Positions 12,396 through 25,564 of a stretch of DNA of 64,000 nucleotides are shown here, piece after piece. Within the stretch, counting starts at the first letter, position 1; each line of letters opens with the position of its first letter. The position numbers and the translations under genes were made by a program. The notes beneath the pieces are model-generated. The model made no database searches. It had not been told where the DNA came from and saw only the letters and a list, made by a program, of their open reading frames with translations. Source of the DNA: Squalus acanthias. Its lineage: Eukaryota. The stretch spans positions 1,550,001-1,614,000 of the forward strand of contig JASTWF010000048.1 in NCBI GenBank assembly GCA_030390025.1. Reading direction: 5' to 3'.

Positions 12396-13465
12396 CATCA
12401 CTGCACGCGCAGAAGTAGACGGCGGTGTCGGACTGAGAGTCTCCGGTGAGTTCCAGAGTAAACTCGGTGTCGCTGTGTCTCAGGGCTTTAAACGCTCCGG
12501 AGGTGTAATTTGAAACGTGGTCGGTCCCAGCTGAATGGAATAGAGCAACGAGTTCCCGGCTTGTCCCTTGTCGGTACCAGTACATGTCGCGATAGTTACT
12601 GTTCCTCAGGATACATCTCATTCCGACCGATTTTCCTGAGGCAACGGACACAGTTTGCGGGGACTGGTCAACGAACGAAGCAGACACTTCTGTCAAATGG
12701 AGGAAAGAGTCAGATTTGTTTTGATAGAATGATACAGTACAGAAGAAGGCCATTTTATCCATATTGCCTGTACCGGCTCTTTCAAAGAGCTTTCCATTAG
12801 ACCCACTTCCAATAACTTCTTTCCTCATAGTACAGCAATGTTTACCATCTTAGGTATGTACCCAATTCCCTATTGAATCTCCTACCACCACACTTTCAGG
12901 CTGTGCATTCCAAAAAACAACTCGCTGTGCAAAAGAAATTCTCCTCATCTCCCGACTGGTTCTTTTGCCAGACACCTATAATCTGTGTCCTCTGGTTACC
13001 GACACTCCTGCCAGTGGAAACATTATCTCCTTATTTACTCCATAGAAAGCCCTCATAATTTTGAACACCTCTATTAAATCTCCCCTTAATCTTCTCTTCT
13101 CCAAGGAGAAAAAATCCAGCTTCTCCAGTCTCTCCGTGTAACTGAACTCTCTCATTCCTGGTACCATTCCAGTAAATCTGATTTCATTGCCTCCAAGGCC
13201 TTGACATCCTTCGCCTGTGTGATGCCCAGAACTGAACACATTAGTTGATCTGATGCATCACCAGTGTTTTATAAAGGTTTAGCATAACTTCATTGCTTCT
13301 GTACTCTATAAAAGTAGGAATTATAGTTTCGTGGATTAAACCAGCCTAATCATAGAAACTATTGTTAAATATGCATTGTGTTTCGACGTTCTGATTGGCG
13401 CATTGTTTAAACTTACCTGAAATTAAAGCAAGCGACAAAATTAAATATGACACTTCAGGAAACAT
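12396..13465 (-). CDS. TRBV: TCR beta-type V segment V3 (leader 13465-13417, V exon 12689-12396)
   Basis: Leader MFPEVSYLILSLALIS|GTAAGT. V exon ...MRCIL...MYWYRQ...DTAVYFCACSD. RSS CACGGCG-23-ACAAAAACT at 12395-12357. Confidence 0.88.
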
Positions 13466-13549
13466 GTTTAGTTCTGCTACAAGGACAGAATGGTCCTTTC
13501 TCCGCCGGAGTGTCGGATTATATTTGAAGCGTCATATACTGATGTCACG

Positions 13550-15215
13550 TGTCAGCCGTGGCTCAGATAGTGCTGTCGACACTGAATCAGAAGGCTGGGG
13601 GTTCGAGCCCCACACAAGAGACACAAACACATAATTCAGGTCGACACTGCGCGCACCCGTACTGAGGGAGCTCAGCATTGTCAGAGGGGCAGTACTAAGG
13701 ATGCGCGGCACTGTCAGAGGGGCAGTACTGAGGTAAGGCTGCACTGTCAGAGGGGAAGTACTGAGGAAACGCTGCACTGTCAGAGGGGCAGTAATGAGGG
13801 AGCTCTGCACTGTCAGAGGGGCAGTACTGAGGGAGCGCTGCACTGTCAGAGGGGCAGGACTGAGGGCACGCTGTACTGTCAGAGGGGCAATACTGAGGGA
13901 GCGCTGCACTGTCAGATGGGCTGTACTGAGGCAGCGCTGCGCTGTCAGACGGGCAGTACTGAGGGAGCGCTACACAGTCGGAGGGGCACTACTGAGGGAT
14001 TGCTGCACCGTTGGAGGGGCATTACAGAGGGAGCGCTACACTGTCGGAGGGGCAGTAGTCAGGGAGCACTGCACAGTCAGAGGGGCATTACTGAGTGCAC
14101 GCTGCACTGTCAGAAGGGCAATACTGCGGGAGCGCTGCACTATCAGACGGGCTGTACTGAGGGAGCGCTGCACTGTCGCAGGGGAAGTACTGAGGGAGCA
14201 TTACACTGATGGAGGGGCAGTACTGTGGGAGCTTTGCACTCTCTGAGATGCAGGACTGAGGGAGCGCTGCACTGTCGGAGGTGCATTAATGAGCGAGCAC
14301 TGTACTGTCGGTGGGGCAGTACTGAGGGAGCGCTGCACTGTAGGAGGGGCAGTACTGAGGGAGTGCTGCATTGTGGAAGCGGCAATACTGAGTGAGCGTT
14401 TCACGGTCGGAGGAGCAGTACTGAGGGAGCGCTACACTGTCGGAGGGGCAGTTCTGCGGGATCGCTTTACTATCGAAGGGGCAGCACTCCGGGAGCGTTG
14501 CACCGTCGGCCGGGCAGTACTGAGGGAGCGCTGCACTGTCACAGGAGAGGACTGAGCGAGTGCTGCACTGTCAGAAGGGCAGTAGCGAGGGTGCGCTGCA
14601 CTGTCGGAGGGGCAGTTCTGAGGGAGCATTGCACTGTCGGAGGCGCATTATTGAGTTTGCGTGCACTGTCAGATGGGTAGTACTGAGGGAGCGCTGCACT
14701 GTCGGAGGGGCAGTATTGAGTGTGCGTGCACTGTCAGATGGGTAGTACTGAGGGAGCGCTGCACTGTCGGAGGGGCAGTCTTGAGTGTGCGTGCACTGTC
14801 AGATGGGAAGTACTGAGGGAGCGCTGCACTGTCGGAGGGGCTGTTGTGAGGGAGTGCTGCACTGTCGGAGGCGCAGTATTGAGTGTGCATGCACTGTCAG
14901 ATGGGTAGTGCTGAGGGAGCGATGTACGGTTGGAGGTGCCTTCTTTCGAAAGAGACGTAAAACAAGGCCCCGTCTGCCCACGGACACTATTGGAAGATGT
15001 GCAGGGGCATTCTCCCCGATTTCGTTGGACAATATATTGACTAATCATGTATCTTATTGCTGTTTGTGGGAGCTTGCTTTGCAAAAAATTTCTGCAAAGT
15101 GTCCTACGTTACAACAGACTATACTTCAAATGTTTTTCTTTGGCCGTAATGCGCTTTCGGACTTGCTGTCGTCTTGAACAGTGCAATAGAAATGCAAGTC
15201 TTTCTTTCATTCTTC
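13550..15215 (+). mobile_element. tRNA-derived DeuSINE-type SINE with an internally expanded 33-bp tandem repeat (13659-14935)
   Basis: A/B-box-like head (TGGCTCAG...GGTTCGAGCCC), unit GTACTGAGGGAGCGCTGCACTGTCGGAGGGGCA, Deu-domain-like body and tail. Confidence 0.75.
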
Positions 15216-15576
15216 TTTTTTGTTCACCCAAGAGGGCAGATGATTTTAAGATGGCTCCTCCGACCGTGCAACACTCCTTCAGTACTGCCCTTCCGACAGT
15301 GCGACACAGCCTTACTACAGGCACTGAAGTGTCAACCTGAATGATTGGCTCAAGCCGATGGCGTTTAACTTCAAGCCACGACCTTCTAACTCAGGGAGGA
15401 AAGTGCTACCCTCTGAGCCAACGCTGATACTGTGCAACGTGAGCTGACTCTTGCTCTGTATTGAAACCTGTTCTGCCTCAATCCCTCCAGCCAATGACGC
15501 CGATTAAAAAGGCCGCGAGCGTCCATACAGAAGGGTCGACCGTGTAACAACTTTGTCAAGTTGCGCATGACACAAG

Positions 15577-16285
15577 TGCTGCCAACTAGTGCCGTAAATA
15601 AGCACTGAACATCTATCTCGAGCTGGCACCTGCTGGCGAAACTTCAGCACTGAAGTTCCATATCGAGCTGTCAATTTGCAATTTAATCTAAATGGAACAA
15701 AGTTAATGTCAAGTCCTCAGAGAGGGCGCAGAAGAGATTCACTCAACTGCCACCAGGAATGCAGTGGTTAAGTTACGTGGAGAGAGTGGATAAGTTGAGT
15801 TTGTTCTCCTTAGAGCAGAGAACCATGCGCGAAAATTTGACAGAGGTGTTCAAAATCATATAAGCTTTGATTAGATTAAATAAGGAGAAACTGTTTGCAG
15901 TGGCAGAAGGGACGGTAAACAAAGGGCACAGATTTAAAGTAATTGGCAAACGAATCAGAGGGGAAGATGAGGAGATGTTTTATTTATGCAGCGAGTTGTT
16001 ATAATCGTGAATACATTGTCTGAAAGAGCGTTGGAAACAGATTCAAAAATAACTTCCAAAGCGTATTGAATATATACGTAAAGGGGAAGAATTTGCTATA
16101 TGGGGAAAGAGCAGGGGGGAGTAGTACTAATTGGATAGCTCTTTCAAAGAGCCGGTACAGGCACGGTGGTCCGAATGGCCTCCTTCCGTACTGGATCATT
16201 CTGTGGTGCTATGATCTGGTCGGCAGAAACTTTGCACTGAACTTTCATCTAGTGCTGCCACCTGGTGGCGGAAAATGATCACTGA
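15577..16285 (-). promoter_or_regulatory. Paralogous tandem CTCF-motif array downstream of the V4 RSS
   Basis: Cores at 15578, 15622, 15667 (decayed), ~16208 and 16254-16270 (CGCCACCAGGTGGCAGC). Confidence 0.7.
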
Positions 16286-16344
16286 ACTCCCATTCATCCG
16301 CTGCAGGTTTTTGTAGCTGGGGAGCCGCTTTCTCAAACGCTGTG

Positions 16345-17354
16345 CGATACTACAGCACAGTAATAGACAGCGGTGTGAGACGGAGAGGCGGTGCTCAGTT
16401 CCAAAGTAAACAGCGTATTGCTGATTCTTTTGGCCGTAAAAGACTCGGACGTGTATTTCCTAGTATCACCTTCGCCAGCAGAAGAGAAAAGAGCTTCTAA
16501 TGGCCGGTCGGGTTGTTGTCTGTACCAGAACATGGTATAGCCAGTATTCGTCAACGTGCATCTGAGTGTGGTCGACTCTCCTGCTCCAATCGATAGGATA
16601 GTTGGCGACTGCTCCACGTACGAGGCGAGTATTCCTGTAGAAAGGAACATCGATTAGATTCTTATTCCCATCAATGATTGAACAGGGCAGGGATTACATG
16701 TAAAAAATAACTTGCATTTCTACAGTCCGTTTCGCGACGCCAGGACGTCCCAAAGCGCTTCAAACCAAGGAAGAACTTTTAGAAGTGTGGTCACTGTTGT
16801 AATGTAGTCATCGCTGTCGCCAAATTTCCCACAGCAAGATCCCACACTGAGCAAGATGAATACTTGGTGTTTATAGGTGCTCGATGCGGGATAAATATTG
16901 TATAATCTACGTCCACCTGAGAGGGCAGCTTTAATTAATTTTCGAAAGATGCCGCCTCCGACGGTGCAGCACACCGTCAGTACTGCTCATCCGACACTCC
17001 AGCGCTGCCTCAGTACTGCCCCCTACGAGATTGCAGCGCTCCCTCAGTACTGCCCCCTCCGACATTGCAGCGCTCTCTCAGAACTGCCCCCTCCGATGGT
17101 GCAGCGCTCCCTCAGTATTGTCCAGTCCGACAGTGCAGAACTCCCTTATTACTGGCACTGGTAGCGTCAGCCTTGATTTTGTGCTCAAGTTTCTGTAATG
17201 AGACGCGATCCCGCGACCTTCTGACTCGGTAACAAGAAGGCAATCATCTGAACTACAGCTGACATTATAGTACATTATTCGATAAAGTTTGTTACTTTGA
17301 CTTACGTGGGATCAATGCAGCGATCAAGATTAGATAATGAGTTTTAAGAAACAT
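16345..17354 (-). CDS. TRBV: TCR beta-type V segment V4 (leader 17354-17306, V exon 16634-16345)
   Basis: Leader MFLKTHYLILIAALIP|GTAAGT. V exon YVEQSP...RCTL...WYRQ...HTAVYYCAVVS. RSS CACAGCG-23-ACAAAAACC at 16344-16306. Confidence 0.9.
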
Positions 17355-17473
17355 GATTTATTCATTCGACGCTGGCTCGCTGTGTGAACGAGTGCACCTC
17401 TATACCACGTCTAAAAGCCGTTTCTCTGTTGCATCTGTTTAAGTAAGGAGCATCCGGTTATTATTGTTATATC

Positions 17474-17487
17474 GACGTCACTTCCTG
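17474..17487. promoter_or_regulatory. CRE/ATF-Ets composite motif in the V4 promoter (also V17 61346-61358)
   Basis: GACGTCACTTCCTG ~120 bp upstream of the ATG, retained in the paralog as TACGTCACTTCCG. Confidence 0.6.
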
Positions 17488-18544
17488 CGAAACCCACTCT
17501 CCATCCCATTACTTCGGTCGTTTAGCATCTTCATAGAATGATACAGCAAAGATGACAACGATAGATTTAATCGAGGTGTTCAAATTTCAGAGCGGTTTTG
17601 ATACAGTAGACTGGACAAATTGATTCCTCTGCGGGCAGGCTCGGTGACCAGAGGGCACAGATTTAAGGTAATTGGGGAAAATTCAACTGGTAGTTGAGGA
17701 GACAGTTTTTTACGCAGCAAGATTTTATGATCGGGAATGCACTTCCTGAAATGGTGCTGCAGACAGATTAATTGGTACCTTTCGCAAGGGCATTGGACAT
17801 AAACTTGAAGAGGATAAAAACAGGACTGTGGGGAATGAGCAGGGGTGTGGGAATAATTGGATAGGAGAGGCCAAAACCAGGGGCCATAAGTATAAGATAG
17901 ACGTTAATAAATCCAATAGGGAATCAGGAAAAAATTATTTACCCAGAGAGTGGTGAGAATGTGGAACTCGCTACCACAGGGAGTGGTTGAGGGAAATAAC
18001 ACAGCTGCATTTAACGGGTAGATCGATAAGCACATGAGGGTGAGATGAAGGAGAGAGGGAGGAGACTCGTGGGAGGCTAATTGGATCGCTCTTTCAAAGA
18101 GCTGGCACAGACTGGACTGACCGAGTGGCCTCCTTCTGTGCTGTAGGATTCTATGATTCTATAAAACGCGGATCATTGTTGAGTCAAAGTTCTCTCTTGT
18201 TTCTTCGCTGGACTGAAATTCTAGTTTCTTTGAAAAAACACTTCAAAAGGCGCCTAGAGTCTGATAGAGAAGTGGGTTAACGGTATTCAACAGATTTTGT
18301 ACCCGCCGTTAGGAGGCAGGTGTCACAGTGAAAAACATAACTGGGGAGCATCTCGCCTTTGCACAGTATGAAACATTCATGACACGTTTAAGGGTTCTAA
18401 GATGAATTATTTGCTATGTGTATGGGGCTGTTCGCCTTAGTGAAGGTTAAGAAGGGTTTTACCGGAATGGTACCAGGGATGTGGGACGTCATGTTTGAGT
18501 AGAATTTTTTTTTCGCAGCGAGTTGTTTTGACATGGAATGCACT

Positions 18545-19300
18545 ACAACAACAACAACTTGTATTTATAGAGCGCCTTTAACGTAGTAAAACATCCCAAG
18601 GCGCTGCACAGGAGTATTTTAAGACAATGAATTTGACACCGAGCCACATAAGAATAAATTAGGGTAGGTGAACAAAGAGGTATTAAGGATCGTCTTAAAG
18701 GAGGGAAGAGAGGTAGCGAGGCCGAGAGGTTTAGCGAGTGAATTCCAGAGCTTAGGGCCCAGGCAGCTGAAGGCACGGCCACCAATGGTGCAGCGATTAT
18801 AATCAGGGATGCTCAAGAGGGCAGAATTAGAGAAGTGCAGATATCTCTGGGGCGTTCTGGGGCTGAAGGATATTACCGAGATAGGAAGGGGCGAGGCCAT
18901 GGAGGGATTTGAAAACAAGGATGGGAATTTTGAAATTGAGGTGCTGATTAACCGGGAGCTAATGTCGGTCAGCGAGCACAGGTGAGATGGGCGAACGGGA
19001 CTTGGTGCGAGTTAGGAAACGGGCAGCCGAGTTTTGGATGACCTTAAGTTTACGTAGGGTTGAATGTGGGAGGCCAGCCACGAGTGCATGGGAATATTGA
19101 AGTCCAGAGGTAATAAAGGCATGGATGAGGGTTTCAGCAACGGATGAGCTGAGGCAAGGACGGAGACGGGCGATGTAACGGAGGGGGAAATAGCAAGTCT
19201 TTGTTAAGCTGCGGTATTGTGGTCGGAAGTTGATTTCAGGGTCAAATATGACAACAATGTCGCAAAAAATCTGGTTCAGCCACAGACAGATGTTAGACAG
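18545..19300 (-). mobile_element. L2-clade LINE 3' fragment
   Basis: AETLIHAFITS...IQNSAAR...GGRAFSxxGPKLWNSL C-terminal motifs and short-repeat tail. Confidence 0.75.
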
Positions 19301-19945
19301 ACTACCTGAAAGGGTGGTGGAAGCAGATTCAATAGTAACTTTCAAAAGGGTAATCGTATAAATATTTGAAGGGGAAGGAATTGCAGGGTTATTAAGAATT
19401 AGAATAATTCGAGAGGCCTTTCAGAGAGCCGGCACAGGCTAGATGGCCCACCTCTGTGCTTCATCATTCTATGATTAGATGATAATCAGCGCATCTCTCG
19501 TCACTATTGCGATAGCGCAATTAAGAGGAGTGTTGTGCATCTCCTCTGTTGGCCTGAGCTTGGAAATTATTCACTGTTATAATTGGGAGGTGTGTGTAAC
19601 TCTTTCCCATATTCCTCCGTTCGAACTTTCCACTCTACCAGCAACCCATTTCCCTCACCAAGTAAACGGCTTGTNNNNNNNNNNNNNNNNNNNNNNNNNN
19701 NNNNNNNNNNNNNNNNNNNNNNNNNNNNNNNNNNNNNNNNNNNNNNNNNNNNNNNNNNNNNNNNNNNNNNNNNNNNNNNNNNNNNNNNNNNNNNNNNNNN
19801 NNNNNNNNNNNNNNNNNNNNNNNNNNNNNNNNNNNNNNNNNNNNNNNNNNNNNNNNNNNNNNNNNNNNNNNNNACATCTCCCATGGTTGTTTCCTGTTCC
19901 TTTTGGGGTTTTTGTTGAGATCCTCCATCGCTCTGAGTCCCTGTG

Positions 19946-20815
19946 CAGACTCCAGGCTCAGCAAAACACGGCCGAGTGATTTGCCGACTGGCTGGTGGAC
20001 TCCAGGTAAAAGTGGGTGTCGTCGGGTCTCCTGGCGTTAAAACCGTCCACCTGACTGGAGGGAGTGACCATTTGTTTGAAGCTGGAGTAGAAAAGGTTCT
20101 GAGGCTCGCGGTCAGGAAGCCACCGGTATCAGTAGAAATATGAGTTCGCTGCTGCTTCTGTGTTAAGGCACTCGATGCTAACTTGTGTGCCCGGGGAACT
20201 GGATATGGAAGCGGCGATCTGTTGGATCAGCACGGCCCCCGTATCTGTAAATACCGAGAAAGAGAGAGAGAGAGAGAAACCCAGGGGAAATCTAAACATC
20301 GACACACGCCATGAATAGGCAATGTAAGGAAGAGAGAGAGGGGGAGAGAGGGAGTGAGTGAGAGAGAAGCAGAGAGAGAGCGAGAGACAGAGAAAGAGAG
20401 CGATAACACTAGGGACAATTCACAAATTGACAGCCGACGTGAAGGAGGGCACGGGGAAATAGAGAGAGACAGAGAGAGATACAGAGAGATACAGAGAGAG
20501 GGTCAAGGGAGAGACAATTTGACAGGCAGGTAGAGAGACCGAAAGACAGAAACACGGCGAGAAACTGACAGACAGAGATACAGACACAGAGAGTGTGTGA
20601 GAGTGTGTGAGAGAGACAGAAAGAGAGAGAGAGTGAGAGAAAAATTATAGAGATAGAGAATCGACACCAAACCGGGGACTGAATGTGACCACGAGGCGAT
20701 TAGTACCCAATTGGACACACGGGGTAATAACAGTAAGGATCACTGAAAGCTCACAGCCCAGCTACACCTTACCCGTTAACATCAACAACATAACCCAGAG
20801 ATGCGACACAGCCAT
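19946..20815 (-). pseudogene. TRBV: V5 pseudogene, paralog of V6 (leader 20815-20773, V exon 20244-19946)
   Basis: Leader MAVSHLWVMLLMLT intact. Conserved Trp and second Cys codons are both TGA. RSS CACAGGG-23-ACAAAAACC at 19945-19907. Confidence 0.88.
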
Positions 20816-23679
20816 CTCTGGAGGGAGAAAGATCCGGGTGATTACTGTGTGAAATCACTGAGCCGATTTATTGTAGAATATCTCCCAGTTCTGAGCACTG
20901 AGTGGAATTTACTGTCACCTCCTCTCCAAGATTAAATGGGCGGGGCCAATCTCTCTTTGCAAGTTCATTGGCTCCTACATCAGGGGCACATAAATTGGTG
21001 ATCTTACGGAGTTTCAACTAGGCGATCTTAGTGATGGCGCGAAGTTATCGCAGTGGAGTTCCTCAACAGTCAGTTTTGGATCCATTAACCTTTGCAATTT
21101 TTAGAACGGACCTAGACTCGGGTGCAGGGAGCAACACTACAAAGTTTGCAGATGATACGAAACTTTGCAAACCCGGATATCATGGGTTAAGTTACGAGGA
21201 GTGATTACACAAATTAGGGTTGTCTTCCCTCGAATTTAGAAGGCTGGGGTGACCTGATCGAAATTTTCATTATATTAAGGGGATCAGCTAGGGTTCATCG
21301 AGAGAAATTATTTCCGCTGGTTGAGGATTGCAGGACATGGGGACATAGTGTAAAAATTAGAGCCAGACCTTTGAGAAGTGAAATGAGGGAACTCTTCGAA
21401 CACAAGGAGTGGTAGAAGTTTGGAACTCATTCCGCAAGTGGAAGGAGAAGCGTGCCAGGCGCATGGGAACACCACCACCTCCAATTTCCCCTCCAAGTCA
21501 CATACAATCGTGACATAGAAGTATATCGCCGATTCTTCATTGTCGCTGGTTCAAAATCCTGGAACTCGCTCCCTAAAAGCACAGTGGGAGCACCTTCACC
21601 ACACGGACTGCAGCGGTTCAAGAAGACGGCTCACCACCACCTTTCCAAGGGCAATTAGGGATAGGCAATAAATGCCGGCCTTGCAAGGGACGCCCACATC
21701 CCATTTAAAAAACGAATATAAAACCAAAATTGATGCTGGAGCAATTGTTAATTTTAAATCGGGGATTGATAGCTTTTTGTTAACCAGAGGTGTTAAGTTA
21801 TATGGGGCACAGGCGGGTATATGGAGTTAGGTCGCAGATCAGCCATGATCTCACTGAATGGTGGAACAGGCTCGAGCGGCTGAATGGCCTACCCTTGTAC
21901 CTATGTTCCTGTGTTCCTAAAGTAGTAGATATTGATGAGGATAGTTTTTAGGCTTCAGGATGACATAGGCAGGACGGTGAAATCGGCAGAAGCATGGCAG
22001 ATGGAGTTCAACGCGGAGAAGGGTGAAGTGATGCACTTTGGGAGGACTAATATGGACGAACAGGATACTATAAATGGCACGATTTCGAAACTTGTCGAGA
22101 AGCAGAGGGACCTTGATGTCCACATACACAAATCGTAAATGTGGCAAGGCAATTTGATAAGGTGTTTGAAAAGCATATGCTTTACTAAATGGAGGCATAG
22201 AACTTAAAATCAAATCGATCAGGCTAAAATGATTAACATCGCGAGGTAGGCCTCAGCTGGAGTGTTGGAGCGGCAGTACTGTGGGAGCGCTGCCCTGTCG
22301 GCGCGGCAGTACTGAGGCAGTGCTGCACTCTCGCTGAACAATCATAGAGCCCTAGAAAGTTACAGCACAGAAAAAGGCTATTCTGGGCACCACATTTCAG
22401 GAAAGATGTAAAGACCTCAGAAAGGAGGTTTGCCAGGTGGTTACCAGGGATGAGGGATTTCAGTGAAGTGGAGAGGTTGGAAAAGTTGGAATATAAGTTT
22501 TCCAGGCAATGAGAGGTTTTAATAGAGTAGATAGAGCAAACTTACTCCCTCTGGCGAGTGGATCAAAAACCAGAGGTGGACCTGATGTAGCACCTACCCA
22601 TTCAGACGAGGAAGACTCCAAGATCAACTTCGGCCTGTCCTGGCCCAATATTTATCCCTCAACCACTGATACTGGTCGTTATCACAAACAGCAGTGGTCC
22701 TAGTACTGAACCTTGGTAAACAACAATGTATACCTCCCTCCACAACTCTCTGTTTTATATCCACATGCCAATTTTGTATCCGTACTGGTCCTTCCCCTTT
22801 TATCGCATGGGATTCAAACATCAGTCAATTAGTTGGGTCAAAGTGCTCGCTTGTTCCAGTTAGTGCAGGTTTCAGTACACTTATGGTAAACAGAAACTAA
22901 AGGGTTAAATACTTCGCTGCCCTAAACTGCATTCTTGGAAAAGACTTCAAAAGGCCCCGAGAGTCTTATACAGAAGTAGGCTAACGGTTTTCAACAGATT
23001 CTCAAACTGCCTTCAGCAAGCAGGTGTTGCGACGAGAAAAGCATCTTGGGAGGCGTCTCGTCTTTGCACAGTATGAAACATCGGTGACACGTTTAAGTGT
23101 TCAAAGATTCACCATTTACTAATTTGTATGGGGTGTTGCCCCTTATGGCAGTGAAGGGCAAGGGGAGATTTGAAAGAGCTGTTCAAAATCACGAACGGTT
23201 TTGATAAACTAAATAAGGAGCAACTTGTATCTAACGGCAGCAGGGTCGGTAACCAGAGGAGACAAGTTTAAGGTAATTGGCAAAAGAACAAGATGAGTAG
23301 AATTGTTCTTTCAGCGAGTTGTCTGGAATTCACTGCCTCAAAGGGTGGAGGAAGCAGATACAGGAGTATCTTTCAAAAGGGAATTGGATAAACACTTCAA
23401 GGAGAACATTTTTCAGGGCTGTGGGGAACGGGGCAGGAGAATGAAACTATCTGTATTCATATTTCAAGGAGCCAGAACCATTAACCCCACCTTGTAATCT
23501 GCTTGTGAAAATGTACAGGATGATTGAATGAGAAATTACTCCAAAACATTCATACATCAATTTTAATAATTAATAATGTAATGAAATAATCTAAAGAGAA
23601 CGAGAATATGAATCAATAACAACAATATCAAACTATGAATTGTCATTTGTTTAAAGGGCATTATCTAAGGAACAGATAA

Positions 23680-23710
<31 letters not shown>

Positions 23711-24170
23711 TATAGATGGATCGATAGATCGATGNNNNNNNNNNNNNNNNNNNNNNNNNNNNNNNNNNNNNNNNNNNNNNNNNNNNNNNNNNNNNNNNNN
23801 NNNNNNNNNNNNNNNNNNNNNNNNNNNNNNNNNNNNNNNNNNNNNNNNNNNNNNNNNNNNNNNNNNNNNNNNNNNNNNNNNNNNNNNNNNNNNNNNNNNN
23901 NNNNNNNNNNNNNNNNNNNNNNNNNNNNNNNNNNNNNNNNNNNNNNNNNNNNNNNNNNNNNNNNNNNNNNNNNNNNNNNNNNNNNNNNNNNNNNNNNNNN
24001 NNNNNNNNNNNNNNNNNNNNNNNNNNNNNNNNNNNNNNCACAAACAGGCACAAAGACCCACAGACAGACAGAGACGCAGATCAATCTCCCACAGTTATTT
24101 GTCTCTAACAGCAGCTTCCTGCCCCCTTTGGGGTTTTTGTTGAGCTCCCCCAACCCACCGAATCACTGTG

Positions 24171-25203
24171 CAGTCTCCAAGTGCAGTAATACACGGCCGA
24201 GTGACTTGCCCGCAGGCTGGATGATTCCAGGTAGAAATGGGTTTCGTCGGTTCTCCTGGCGGTGAAACCGTCCACCTGACCGGAGGGAGCCACCGACCAA
24301 CGGACGTTGGAATGGAAAAGTTTCTGAGGCTCCCGGTTGTGATGCCAGCGGTACCAGTAGACAGAGGAGCTAATAGTTGCATCTGTGTAAAGGCATTCGA
24401 TGCTAAGCGGAGTGCCCGGGGAATTGGATATGGAAGCGGGGGTCTGTTTGACCAGCACGGCCCCCACATCTGTAGAACAGAGAGAGGTGTAAACGCAAGA
24501 AAAATCTACAGATTGACAGAGTGACACGAAGAAGGACACGAGGGGGGAGGAGAGAGGGAGAGAGAGGGGGAGTTATTGTGATTCGCAGTGCTACAGAGAG
24601 AAATATGGAGAGCGAGAGACAGAGTGTGAGGGTGATACAGATTTCGAGAGAGAAGGAAAGAGACAGATACGGATAGAGAGAGGAGCATAGAGAGACACAG
24701 ATCAAACTACGGCAATCTATATATAGCCGCCGGGAAGGAGCACAAGAGGAGAGAGAGAGAGACAGAGCGCGCTAATAAATAGAAAGCGAGAGAAAGACAG
24801 AGCGCGTAAGAGAAAGAGAGACAGACAGACAGAGAGGCACCCAGAAAGAGAGACCGACAGACAGAGAGACTGGCAGACANNNNNNNNNNNNNNNNNNNNN
24901 NNNNNNNNNNNNNNNNNNNNNNNNNNNNNNNNNNNNNNNNNNNNNNNNNNNNNNNNNNNNNNNNNNNNNNNNNNNNNNNNNNNNNNNNNNNNNNNNNNNN
25001 NNNNNNNNNNNNNNNNNNNNNNNNNNNNNNNNNNNNNCGGAGGAAGCGTGAATCTACACCAACAGGTGAAAGAGAACAGGATGGGATTAAATCCAAAGGG
25101 GGACATGCGGGGTAATAACACTGAGGATTACTGAAACCTCACAGTCCATCTATATCTTACCTGCTAACACCAGCAACGCAACACAGAGCTGAGACACAGC
25201 CAT
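24171..25203 (-). CDS. TRBV: TCR beta-type V segment V6, TRBV30-like (leader 25203-25161, V exon 24469-24171)
   Basis: Leader MAVSQLCVALLVLA|GTAAGA. V exon ...PLSIECL...VYWYRW...HSAVYYCTWRL. Perfect RSS CACAGTG-23-ACAAAAACC at 24170-24132. Intron contains an N gap. Confidence 0.9.
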
Positions 25204-25564
25204 CTCTGGAGGGAGAAAGATCCGGGTGTTTATGTTGTGAAATCACTGAGCCGTTTTATTGTAGAATATCTCAAATTCTGGGCACTGAGTGAAATCTACT
25301 GAGACCTCTTCTACAATGCGAAGTGTTCGGATGGGCGGGTCCATTCTCTCTTTAATTGTTCATTGGCTGCCACATCGGGACTTTTCATTTCCTGGGCAGG
25401 GCTGCTGAGGTCGCCGGGTAATCGGCGGTCTGTTTTTTCCCTTTGGTGCCGGAGTCTGGAGTTCTTTAAACCTGCAACAACCCAAAGGCTCCAGCTGAGA
25501 TAGCGATGATGGTGAGGTTTGAGAAAATGGAGTTATACTGTCTGTCTGATTCATTCAATGCATA

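Noticed and set aside
13550-13625. tRNA gene
   Set aside because: It is a degenerate tRNA-derived SINE head continuous with the SINE body.
19479-19979. ORFs spanning N runs (also 23.7, 24.9, 34.0, 54.4 and 62.6 kb)
   Set aside because: They are assembly-gap artefacts.
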